Positions 11,883-24,171 of a DNA stretch of 64,000 bases are shown one piece after another. The notes below the pieces were generated by a model. The model did not search any database. It had not been told where the DNA came from and saw only the letters and a list, made by a program, of their open reading frames with translations. The DNA comes from Auanema rhodensis. Its lineage: Eukaryota; Animalia; Nematoda. A program made the position numbers and the translations under genes. The first letter of the stretch is position 1. Each line of letters starts with the position of its first letter. Location of the stretch: contig OZ059895.1 of assembly GCA_964057225.1 (NCBI GenBank), positions 5,642,001-5,706,000 of the forward strand, given 5' to 3'.

Positions 11883-13078
11883 CGTTTTAGCTGTTACTCT
11901 ATCCTTTCTTCACTCACTATCTGTTGAATAAATAATTTTGTTGTAAAATGTTTGAAATTATAATTTGAAACAAATTCACAAAGGTAAAATTAAAGCACGT
12001 AGAATCAATTCCGTTCTCACATTTGCATTCCTTATATATCCTGAACAATATCCGGATTTCTTTTTTTTTTCATTTTCGAAGTGACTATCCTTTAACAGTC
12101 TTCTTGTTTGATTCCTTAGAAAAAATATATTTAACATCTTCATAGCGTTTTCAAGCTTTTCGAGAATATAAAGAATTAATTGTTTAATGTTTTTCACATT
12201 TCGTGATCAAGTTAACAATTACAAAAAAAAAATGAAGAAAACTAAAAATCAACAAGCGGTCACTTTTAGTTTTAACGATTTTCACTATTACAATTTGATA
12301 TGCACAAGCAAATTCATAGCTTATAAAGCTTTTAATAAATGTTTACTCATCATGATTAATGGTCCTAGAAGAAACATTGGCAATCAATTCATAATTTCTC
12401 TAATGAAAATTTCTATAATTGAGGTAATAAACTAAAGTAATTGACTGAATCTGTGAACACCGCCTTTCGTATAACTAAATTGTAAATAAAATCAATTGTT
12501 TAAGATTATTTTAAGAATAACTTTATTACAATAATTTAGTTTTGGTCAATACGCTTTGTCATAAAAAAGTAACAATAGTCGGAAAAGTAGAAAGTTCTTC
12601 AATCATTACTCATGTTCAGTTTTTCTTTTTCGAATTCGTAAAATATTCTCCTTTTTTTCACCCATAGATAAATGCACTATCCTTTTCAAAAACACAATCG
12701 TAAACTAAAGAAAACATTTGACTAAGGTTTTCAAAACGAGGTTTTCTTCTTTTCATATCTTGAAAAAAAAAACCATGTGTTTTCATAATATTCCATACAA
12801 CTATAAATTATCATTTTCGTTTATAATAACATTTTTTACAAACTTCTCCAATAGCCAATTCTTGTTTGATCATATCGAGTAGCTTACAATCACTGTTGTT
12901 CCTACTTCTTCATAATTTGAAAGTACACCACCTCTTTTACGTACAACACGCTGATGCCGCGATTTTTTCGGCTTTACTGTCTTGTTCAATGCGTTACTAA
13001 TCCATTTTAGTTGTACTATTTAGCTAATTTGTGTGCATTCGAATTGTTTCAAGGCTGTTATGTATAAATATTTTCAGG

Positions 13079-14036
13079 ATGTCTGTCCTTGTCAAGAAGT
13101 GTTGCCATTGTCGATCAGATTTAGATGAAGAAAATAAAGGGCAACCCACATCTGTTAAATGCGCCCGGTGTGCTAAGAATGAAAAGAAATACGGACAGGT
13201 AATGAATAAAATAAAATATTTGATATATTTTTTTCCAGCCTACAACGTGTGCGTATTGTCAACTTCCCGCTGCCTTTCTCGGTGGAAAATGTGTTTTCTG
13301 TGCGGCAAGTGAAAGAAAGTTAGGAGCACCAGTAGCTTGCGCTAATTGTCATCTCAAAGCAGCATTTACAAAAAGTGGTCATAGGGTTTGAATATGATGA
13401 TGTTCTCTATCTTAATTTTATTAATTCCAGAATAGACCTCGTTTGTGTCGAATGTGTGTAATGCAGGCGAGAGCGAATAAGCTAACAACGCTCGCTGGAG
13501 TTGCAATTCAAGCAAAAACTGATAATCCTTCTCAGCACAAACATAAAGAAAAGCAGCATAAACGGAAACATAGCGATGGGCATGACAAGGTTTTACAGAA
13601 ATTCAAATTTATAACATTCTAACTTTCTTGTTTTCAAGGGTGAAGAAGCTACATCGTCCAAAACTAGACGGGAACGCGATCCATTGGCAGATAGTGGTGA
13701 GAACGTTTTATTAGTACAGCAATTGCGTGATCAAATCGCAAGATTGAATGGTGTTATCCAAGGAAAAGAAGCAACAATCCTCGAAAAGGAAAAAAAGGTT
13801 ATTTTAATAATGAAATATTCAATGATACGATGTTGTTAGATTGCTGCTCTCCAAGCTGATTTGTCAAGCTCTGAACGAAAGAATCGTGAAAAGTTTCAAT
13901 TACTACTGAAAGAAAAAGAAGAAGCTATTCAGTCGGTTCATGAAAAATATCGGCAAGCAAATAAGCAGGTATGTGATGTTATCAGTTGATTTCAAATAAA
14001 TAAATAATATTTGTTCAGGAGAAAAAGAAGACTTAA
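13079..14036 (+). CDS. FAM76A/B-family protein (Cys-rich N-terminus, C-terminal coiled coil)
   Basis: CxxC repeats with KKYGQPTTCAYCQLPAAF and GAPVACANCHLKAAF, followed by LVQQLRDQIARL...ILEKEKKIAALQAD. A ttttcag acceptor is 1 nt before the ATG. Confidence 0.88.
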
Positions 14037-15390
14037 TTTGATTTATTACTTTGTGATTTTTCTACATAATCTTTCTTATTTCCCTAATATATCAGTGCCC
14101 ATAGTTCACTATATTTAAAAATACCTGTGTAAGGTAGACAAAAAATGAGTGATCCCGAGCTATCTTACTAGAATGTCTAACATTGAAACAGATTTATGTC
14201 GGGTAAACTATTTATCTTTCCAAAAATGCAGAAAATAGAAGTAGCAGGTTTCAAAAACGTTTTATTGACTTGTTTTTCTTATTTTTATCGCTTAAATCTT
14301 GTTCAAGTGAGATGAGCTCCTTTCCTCCTAATTTTTTTAGATTACCGTCTTGTTACTTGCGATGCTACTAAATTTTCTGAGAGAAGTTGTTAAGTTTTAC
14401 TAGTTTTCTATAACTGTCTATTGAGCCTCATTTAGCTTTCCAGCCTACTTACTTTTAGTGTTGTATGATAATTTATGAAACTTACATGCTTAGCAGAGCT
14501 AAACATGATTTCACAATGACATGTAGTACTTTACATACTCATATTCTCTTCAGTCAATCATTGCATGAATTGTAATTAATAAATTATTGAATTCCTCGAA
14601 ATCTCTGAATGTATCTATTTGGTGTGCCATCTAATTATGCGCACACACCTGGTGCTCCTTCTATTCTTTCCTATTCCCTCTCAATTTTAATTCACATTGG
14701 GTTCCATTTCTTTCTTATAATCTAGATATATTGTGTTTGGTTGGATATGTTGTTTTATCGTATTCATCTGCTATAAAGACATCTTGCTCAAAACAATTTG
14801 CTTTATGATCTCTCTGGGCTTAAACATTTCCAAAGGCAAGCATCATAATAGAAATGGCTGATGTTTGTTAGCTATGTTCATATTTGCTGTCTTTGATCAC
14901 TTATTATTGTAAATTCGTATTTAACATGGAAAGCGATGAGACCGAATTAATAAAAGTTTTATTCTATACCGTACACAGTACGTCTATGAAATATTGAAAC
15001 AAATCTTAATCTAGGAGTGAGGAGATGCATTGCCAGCGGAAGTTAAAAAAACGGAAAATACTTACAAGTAAAGCAATAAAAATTGCTCTCAAGGCATGCT
15101 GAAACAATATGTACAGCAATAAAAGGCTGTTGAAAAACGAAAAAAGCATATAAAATTTGTTTGAAACTCAAAAAGCCACATCTATCTGACATTAAACATT
15201 ATAAAGTCAAATAAGTGAGATTCTCTATTCACAGATAAAATCATTTTTTGGTAGACAATTAGGAAGCCTAAACGAAAACTGTCCATAGAAATGTCAAATC
15301 ACCGGGATCAGAAAGGGACATTAGAATGTTTTCTAAGTGAAAAGCAAAAAAAAACTTTTTCTTCTATAGAATTCCCGTCATTAAAATGAC

Positions 15391-18300
15391 CTAATGCTTG
15401 GAAGCTACAACTTGGTTAAGAATCTTATTGGGTACATCCATTGTAGGGTCTAGAACCAAAACTATATCATACAAATCCATATAATGATCTAGTAAGTTTT
15501 CAACCTATAAATAATTTTATAAATAAAATGAAAAACTATTAAACATGCTTACGTTATCATTGAGGAAACCGATTTTTAAAGTTGGTCCATTCTTATCACT
15601 TCCGATGGCCATATGTACATCACCTTGACTATCACCCAATAAAATAACGTTAGTTCTTAAAAATATTAAAATTAAAAAACAAATACAACACAATTTCAAT
15701 CACCTTCCACTTAATTCATCATAGAATTGGGCATCTTTACGGATTACACTAGAATTCTTACAGAATGTATGAATCAAAGGCTCAGAAAATGAAGACACGA
15801 AACCCTAAAGTAATTTTAGTATACACAGGTTTCAAATAATGATCAAGTTTACATCTTCATTAAACTGCATCATATTGGAAATAAGGTGAGTATTTTTTGG
15901 AATTTGCCCAAGTTTATGTCTGAAGAACATATCGATGATGTTACCAATACCAGCAGAGAAAACGATGAAAGGTATATCACTATGCTCAAGTTTGCTCATC
16001 ATATCCTCAACACCATCCCTAAAACAAAAATAGATTAAAACGTTATATTTCTAAATATATACTTCAAAATGATATTAGCTTCCTTAACAAATTCAAAGAT
16101 AACATTTTCTTGGAATCCGGCATTGATGATGTGTTGATGAGAAGTTCCCCACCAGGTTTCCATATGAGGAGTTTTCTCCTCCGCAGTCAATTTGCTGCAG
16201 AACTCAATGGGAAAATATTTTTCTTTAAGATCATTGAACTAAAGAAAGATGAATATTAAAACAATTAACACAGCTGCATTCTGACTTTTTTGCTAAGACT
16301 AGGATCAATTAGGTTAGCGAGATTATCAAAGACTCCATGAGTGGTCCAACACATCTTGCCTTGCTCATCTTTATAACGGGATAAAGTGAAGTCAAAATCA
16401 GAAATAACCTGGAAAAGGGTTATTAGAGACGTTTTAAAACAAATTGAAAAGTACCATCAATTTGTCCTTGCCTCCGTTTACAATTTGGGTAAGCTTTTCC
16501 TGAACCACCTGTCTGTTTTTGATATGAATTTGTGGTTGTTCCAACAACTCAGAGAAATCTAATCCACGAGGGCTAAGTGGAGCAGGAGTAGCCTGTTTCT
16601 CCATATCAGGTAATCCATTGATTATATTAAAAGCTGGCATGTTCACTGATTGTAGTTCTTCCGATTGTAAAACAGAGGAATCTGAAAAGATCAAACTTGG
16701 TGCTGCTTTAAATCAAAAGCCAAATAAACGGTGTAACAAACACCTTCATATGTGTCTTATTACATCAACTGCCATCATAACACTTCTACTAGCTTCAGAT
16801 AGAAAAATATCTTCCAAGGAACAAAAAAATAAAAACTAGCAAAGATTTGAACGAGTAGCTATACGTTTCATAGAATTTATTTTATCAGGCAATGTGATAC
16901 AACAACATTGACCTAAAATTTCAAAAATAAGACAACCGTTTTAAAACATGTGGTCTGATTGAATAATCACTTAAATTCGCATGAAAACCGCAGCCCGAAG
17001 CGGTATGATCAATATCTGGTAATAGATAAAAAGAAGAAACTAGGTGTTGAAAGCGGATAACAGGGCTGCCAACCAACTACGCCGGCTTTCGGAACAAAGA
17101 ATAACGAGGGAAGCGGGAGGAAGCGATAACGAAAAAGAAATAGCAGCTGATAACGAAGAGAGGGTGGTGCAAGGAACATGAGCACAAGACGGGGCAACAT
17201 TGAGACACACGTTGTCAAATCACGATGAAGAGCAGTTGCTTTCGATCTATCTCATTAGTGACGAAGAAGACTTTACCGTCGGAAGAAAAAGCATTCGAGG
17301 ATCTGGAGCATATCCAAATAAACAAAAATAGACAAAAAATCAAGGAGATAAGAACGCGGAATGAGAGAAGTCTTTCGTGTGATAAAAATTTGTCGATATC
17401 ACTTGAGGATGATATTATTATCAGCTTAAATTGATATGCCAAAGTCACATGTGAACATGTTTTTTAACGAAAAACAAAATATGACAAAAAATAGAACACC
17501 CTTAAGGAACTACACCACACTAATGTTTTAAAGACGATAAACTCTCGATCCTTATTATTTCGGAAATTGATCGTTTCTAACTTTGCAACAGCAGAAGAAA
17601 CAATCTCTGTTTTATATTTTGGACAGACGTTTTTAGATCGTTCCTTGAACACAGAGGGAGAAAAGAGGAATATAAAACTGGATTCTACACTAGATATGCC
17701 ATATAAGTAGACAAGAAAAGCCGGAGATAAGTGACAACAAGAATTTCTATACAAATGGCAGATTTTATACAGGCGAGCAAACAGACGAAAGCTGGCTTCT
17801 CAGACTGAGAAGGAAATAAGGGAATAGACTAGAAAGATAGAAGAAAAAGAGAAAGAAGAACAGAGAGAGAATGTTCATCTCACATCCTCAATATATAGAC
17901 GAGTTCGAAAAGACAGAGAACAAACAGAAAAACATTCCACCTTATTGTCGATTAGGCTAAAATTTAAAAAGAAAAAGCTGTCTACAAATGAGCGATACTG
18001 TAAGATGATACTTCGGCATTCTTCTATAACTTCAAAAGACTAATCAAAGCATGGGGACTATGAAAAGAACGCTTTACATTGTCCACTGTGGAGACCTACG
18101 GTTTTGAGCAGCTTCTCCGAAGGAGGAGCTTATTATAATTGATTACAAGTGCAACGTACAGAAATCTGCACTTGTTATCAAAGAACTCATAGCTTATCTA
18201 ACTTTCAAAAAGAGTGATCCAGATGTTCAGTACAATAAATGATTTAGTGAACGGCTACTGTATACATGTGTACATTAGAACTCATTGCAATAATGTGACT

Positions 18301-19982
18301 TTTAAGGCCAAAAGTTACTAAAAAAGTTATAGCAATTAGTAGAGAAAGAAGAAAAAATAATTTTTTATCAAAAAAAAGTGCAGCGTGAATAAAGATCTTA
18401 ATGAGTTAGGAAAGAGGTGGGAGTCGCTAAAAAGGACTAGTTTTGACATTGTTAATCGAACGAACCTATATTATAAAATAGATCATAGGTCATAATAAGG
18501 AGAATATGAGTAAAAGCGTATGAAAAACTAAGGGACAGAGAGCAAATTAGTCAGAGATTGAAATTAAATTAGAAAAATTGCATGTACTACCATCTCGTTC
18601 ATTCAAAAAAATGTATATGCCAATCGAAGCGATCATAATTCGAATTAACTTTAGATCGTCTTCTAACCTTCAAACATCAACAACCTGCACGTCCCATTTT
18701 TCCTCACAATGTCAACCTCACTGCTATTATGAAGCCGGCTGATCAAAAAATCAACTTACGTTCATCCTTTTCGTATGGTAAAACATGAAGAGGGTGGACG
18801 GTGGCAAACTTGGAGGCCAAACTCATTTTCTAGAATAACCAACTTACAAAACAATTAAATATAAGGGAGAAACGGGCAATGAATATTCTCTTCGTTACAA
18901 GAATTGGAAAAATGTGTAAAAATGAAAAGCCGAAGTTACGTTTCCTAATAGTTTTGTTCGGAATCACGTGTTTGTCGACTCTGGAAAATACCCAAACAGT
19001 CTGGTTCAACAGCCTACGATATCGAAGACAGCTGATTAGAGCCTGTGGTTCAGAGGTCTTGATAGAGGAGGTTTTCTAAGCCAGATACAGCTCCTTATAA
19101 AGGGGTTAAGTGCAGATAGGCTGGCATGATAAGAAGAGATTGATAAACCCTGAAATTCGATCTGGCGGTCGTAAAACGTGAAGGATTCAGCTGGATAAGA
19201 ACGGTACCCATACGTTTTTGGTTGTAAACATACACTAGCTTATGGCAACCAAAAACCGGTAGCCGTTCCTTATCATGCCCTAGGTTCTATACAATTTCAT
19301 TGAAACGTCAAAAATTTGTTCTCGGAGATAAATAATTCAATTTTTCGTACAGTGGCAAGCTAAAGATGAACGCTTTTGCTAAAGAAATGCTATGATCCCA
19401 AAAAAAGGTGTGCAGATCTATAAGCAATGATAAGCTGGATGATATTGAGAGTAAAGTGAAGAAGGACACAACTGATGAAATACAATTTTGCAAAATAACC
19501 TTGGAATGTTAACAAAAAAACTCACATTTCCGCCTGCTAGTTGATGAGGGTGGTACAGAAAAAAGAAGCAATCTCTTGCTACTTTCTCTACTAAATTGGA
19601 AAAAAAAAGTTCTGATAGCTGATCTGAAAAATAATTATTAGTTCGAAGAATAATCTATCTGCGAAAGTGAAAAAACACAACACAAAAACAAAGCAAAAGC
19701 GACAGGTACCATAACCCCCAAAAATTGGTAAGATGTTAAAATTGATGCACTAGATAAACTAATCATAGGTCACCCAAATAACCCACACAAGCATTTAATA
19801 ACATGACAACTTCTGTATAAGCTAGTAAAGAATGGAATCTACGAGGTGCAGTTCAAAAACAGCTGTGATAAACATGCATAATAGCAACGTGAAATAAGAT
19901 ATATTGGTAGAAACACAACCGCTCCCTTCGAGAAATCAGACAAAATAAAAAATTCGCAGTATACATACCCTGATGATGACAT
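15391..19982 (-). CDS. Cytosolic 5'-nucleotidase III (NT5C3/pyrimidine 5'-nucleotidase, HAD family). The catalytic exons span 15391-16681; upstream exons 19982-19969 and 17401-17277 are inferred and add a TM anchor
   Basis: HAD motifs VISDFDFTLS, METWW, FSAGIGNII, ISNMMQF and LLGDSQGD. The upstream exons splice in phase to give MSSSGDIDKFLSHERLLSFRVLISLIFCLFLFIWICSRSS...DDSSVLQSEELQSVNMPAF. A shorter form could start at ATG 16640. Confidence 0.9.
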
Positions 19983-20117
19983 GCAGGTCTTCCAAAACTC
20001 TAATCAGTAAAAGACATTTAAATGAAATTAAAATGTAATAAAAGAAATATAATTGTGGCAAACAACCACAGTTGGCAATTAATAAAATAATAAAAAATCA
20101 AATATTTATCGAGATAA

Positions 20118-21248
20118 TCAAAAATTATCACCTAGTAGCCTTTTCATCCATGTAACAAGAGGGTTAAATGATGGTTGATCGAGAATCAAATCAAAAAACT
20201 GTCGATTTCTCTGAAAAAGGTAGCGGCATACATGACAATTAAAACTTGCAAAACCGACCTTAGCCTCATCATCGATAATGGATATATTCAATACCGGACA
20301 TGAAAAATTGTTCATCATTTTCGTATCATAGAAGCAATCCCCTATGACCAGACAGGCAGAACAATTAACCAAAAAAGCATCAATTTCATGTTGGAACGAT
20401 GAATAAGTTTTATTAATCGAATGTATAGTTGCAGGAAATGAATGGAGTGATCCGTCCTGAAATCAATAGACTGATGTTCAGAAGAACATGTAGTAAAAAC
20501 AAACCGGCAGGAATTTCATTTCGTTACCTATCACCAAAACATTTTTCGGATTTGAAGTACCTAGTATTGAAATCAATGATTGCTTTATTATATTGGCTAT
20601 TCCTGCAGAAAAAATGACGAGTTTCACATTATTATTTTCACAAAACTTCAAAAATTCTTCTGCTCCTTTTCTAAATTTTATGTTCTAAATTTAACAGCAA
20701 AAACAAAGAATATCTAACCGGTATTGCAGCCTATTTGCACAAAGTTCCAAATATTGTTCTTTGAAAGTTGATTTTAGTATGAGATCATGAGATAAGCCCC
20801 ACCTAATCACAAACGAGTATATTAAAATAGAAAACACAAACGTTATTACCATTCCTGAAAAAGTTCAGCTCTGTCAGAAGGATCAGTACTTTCATATCGC
20901 TCACTGAATGCGGAATTTAAAACAGCTTGCTGAAAAATAATAAAATAAACCAATTTTACTAAAGAAACAAGAAAGTCATGTAGAATAAATTACCTCAGAT
21001 AGAAGTGATTTTTTCGAAGACGTAATAAGTGTGTCTTCAGGAAATGATTGATGTGTTATCACAGAGATATCTGAAGTTAACGTTTGATCAAAATCACAAA
21101 CAATCTAAACTTCAAGTTTTGATTTTAGTTCCTATTACATTGGACAAACCGCTAAATTTTCATAACTAATAGTTTTAACGAGTTCTTCAAAATCATTGTA
21201 TTGTTCGTGAGTTATATTCATAAACTTGAACAAGTCAATCCCAGACAT
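20118..21248 (-). CDS. Second, strongly diverged cN-III-like 5'-nucleotidase paralog
   Basis: MSGIDLFKF...ENLA|IVCDFDQTLTS...AELFQEWWGLSHDL...RKGAEEFL...VIFSAGIANII...VIGNEMKF...IHSINK...LVIGDCFYD...; all cN-III motifs are co-linear with the neighbouring gene. Confidence 0.85.
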
Positions 21249-22125
21249 TTCGTTTTTTTCTGCTCTGGAAGCACATAAAAACAAGCATGCATTGAAAATC
21301 GATAGCTTGAGCTTTCAGCATAGTTGCACAGAAACACAACGTATAACAAGAAAAAGTAAAGAAAACGTAATAATAAAGCTATTTATGTATTCACTTTGAC
21401 TGATTACACACTATTAACAGCACTTAAAGCAATAGTTCCTAGATATTCACAATGACTACCTCAAACTAATTAAATTTCACTCCTATGAATCCTTGTTCAA
21501 ATTTGTATTATACACCTTATGCCTAAGTCATAAATAGAATTCTAAAATACCTTTTATGGCAATCTGTATAGATAATATTCCAACCGAATACTAATATCAA
21601 TCATGCACTTACAAATCATGTTTAACTTCTGATTCGTCTGAAAATTGTAAAAATAAAATATTAGTAGCTACTGAGTTTCAAAGACCTTGTTATTTCTCTT
21701 CTCATGATAATTAACAACAGTTCGTTGCTCTCAGCGTAATCTTAACAAGTGAAATTAATAAAAATAAAAATATTAAAACTGACAAATTGTGAAACATACT
21801 GCGGACTTTGTAATGAAGTAAAAATCAAATTTTTTACAAGTTGTCGATTGCAAAATGAAGCCTTCTAGCTGATAGATTTACAATTTCTAATTTCATAATT
21901 TGCAGAAAAATTCTATATGATTTTCTATGTTTTCTTCCACGAGTTTACAATTTAATAACTTTTGAGATTATTCATAGAGACATCAATAATTATATAGAGC
22001 TGAATGCTTCATGTGCAAGCTAAACATGCATTTGCGTAAACACCGTGTAAGAACTCTACAATTCAGTTTATTCGAAATTTTTTATATAAGAATCATAATT
22101 ATTAATTTAAGATTAATCTTCATAT

Positions 22126-23880
22126 TCACATGGAATTTAAATAAGTTCCAGATATTACTTCAGATACTGAAGGTATTTTTGTATGTTGAGTTGAAGCGTT
22201 CTGATAGAAAGTAATCGTACGTCTAAAACAATGAGTTATATTTTATTATATTTCAATAGTACGAATACCTGATCACATCTTTTATATGAGGAATGTCTCT
22301 GGCAGTTCTTCCTGGATTGTGTGAGTCTATAGGATCTTCTATTACAACAGAATTTTTAACATTTTTATTTCCTCTAAAGTAGATCCTTTAAAACAAAACA
22401 TGAATCAGGATTAACTAACCTTTTTTTGGCTACTGATTCGCTGAGTGAAATATAAAATTTTTTGAAATCGAAATCTCGATAATATTGTAAAAATCTTATG
22501 AACAGTTCTCCAAGACACATTTCGTTTTTCATTTCCACTGAAAGGAATTATTAATTCATTCATTCAACAAAATCAAACATTTTTTAAAAGTAGGAGGAAG
22601 AGGATTGTTGTAATCGATCTGCTTAGGGAACATATATTCACTTTGAGCATAATGATCTGAATTCATTCATACAAAAAAAATCGAATATTAAAACAAACCT
22701 GGGTAAAGAAGTTTAAGGTTAGGCAAGATGGGAGGATAAACTCCACATTGAAAGAAATGTATAATCAAACAAATAACTGCATAACTATAACATGAAACTT
22801 AATGCGAGACGTATAATTTTAAAAAACCTGTTAAAGCAGGCATTAGGGCCTCGCGGATTTTTTATACCAGTTGAAGTAGCCCATTTTTTAACAAAATGGC
22901 AAAAAGGAGTGAATCGTTCATCTATTCTGAAGGCAAAATATATTCAAAATTCAGACTAGTTGAGTGAAAACAAACTTTCCAAACGCCGCAATTAAAATAG
23001 AATTATGCGCACCTGACAAAAACTCAGTTGTGCATACACTTAGATCAACTTCTAGACCATCCTTTGTATTAATTTTTAAAACTGGAACCTGAGTAAAATA
23101 TTAATAAACCGATAAAAATGTAAAGAATTACCGAAGCAAACACTATATTTAACTTGCTGATGTTAGTATCATAGCCTTGTTCTTCTTTATAAGCAATAAT
23201 GTGCCTAACAATTTGTAAAATGTTTCGAGCAGCTCTAATGAGATTATATATAACAAAATTTGCTTTAAAAAATCTTACAAGGATTCAGTTGGAAAATACG
23301 AACAGAATTCAGGAACATACAAGCATAAATCTAAATCACTTTTTCGAGCAGCTAAACCAGAAACTGTAGAACCGGTAGGTACAAGAAGAAAACGCCAATA
23401 AAAACCTTCCTGTAATAATCAAGAAACTATATATCAAACTCGTTCATGTTTTTTTTACATCTTTTAAGCTATTAAGTATTTCTTCAAGTTTTGACTTGAA
23501 CATCATTTTTCGATGAAACTCTTCGGGCGTCTGAAATAATTCAGTGAATACCAAATACCAAATAACAATTAGCTCAACCTCTTTGTTTTCTTCGTAATTT
23601 TGAATAATGTCTTTATGCATTTTAAGAAAACGAGGTTTAGCATTAAGTTGGCTCATCCATCTAAATAGAGTCTATATATTTTTTCTTTGTTTAGTTCCTC
23701 ACCTCAAATTTTCAAAATTTGAACGAATCAAAGGTATATTAAGTGTTACTTTTAAAGATTCTTGAAATGAATCTCTAACAGATCTTGCTGCTTTCTGTAA
23801 ACATTTGTAACTTACAATTTCTCTTTAAAAGCGATTACCGCTTCATAGAAACTTAAGAATTCGTCCTGATGGTTAGCCAT
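22126..23880 (-). CDS. mut-2: MUT-2/RDE-3-type ribonucleotidyltransferase (poly(UG) polymerase); 5' end uncertain
   Basis: EEFHRKM, WRFLLVPTGSTVSGLAARKSDLDL, DGLEVDLSV..EFLSGAHNS, KWATSTGIKNP..FNSYA..LIIHFFQCGVYPPILPNL and DPIDSHNPGRT..IKDV match the C. elegans MUT-2 motif set as recalled. Confidence 0.85.
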
Positions 23881-24171
23881 ATTTAAATATAATATTAGTT
23901 TTCCTCACATGCTCCTCATGCTCCGCCCATAATACTGTGAGCCCTTTGCAACAGTTTGGTTTCAAATGAAAAGTACTCGTATGTTTTTTTTAATTCATGA
24001 AGTTTAATATTTATTAAATCTCTTTGGTTAATCTCTACTAGACTTAAGAAAGTAAATTAATATAATGTGAGCCACTAATCTCATATACAATTCACATCCA
24101 TATCATATAAGGATATGCCAAAAATGAATAAACTGTTATGTTCCAAGAGAAGAAAATATTAAGCTTATGAT

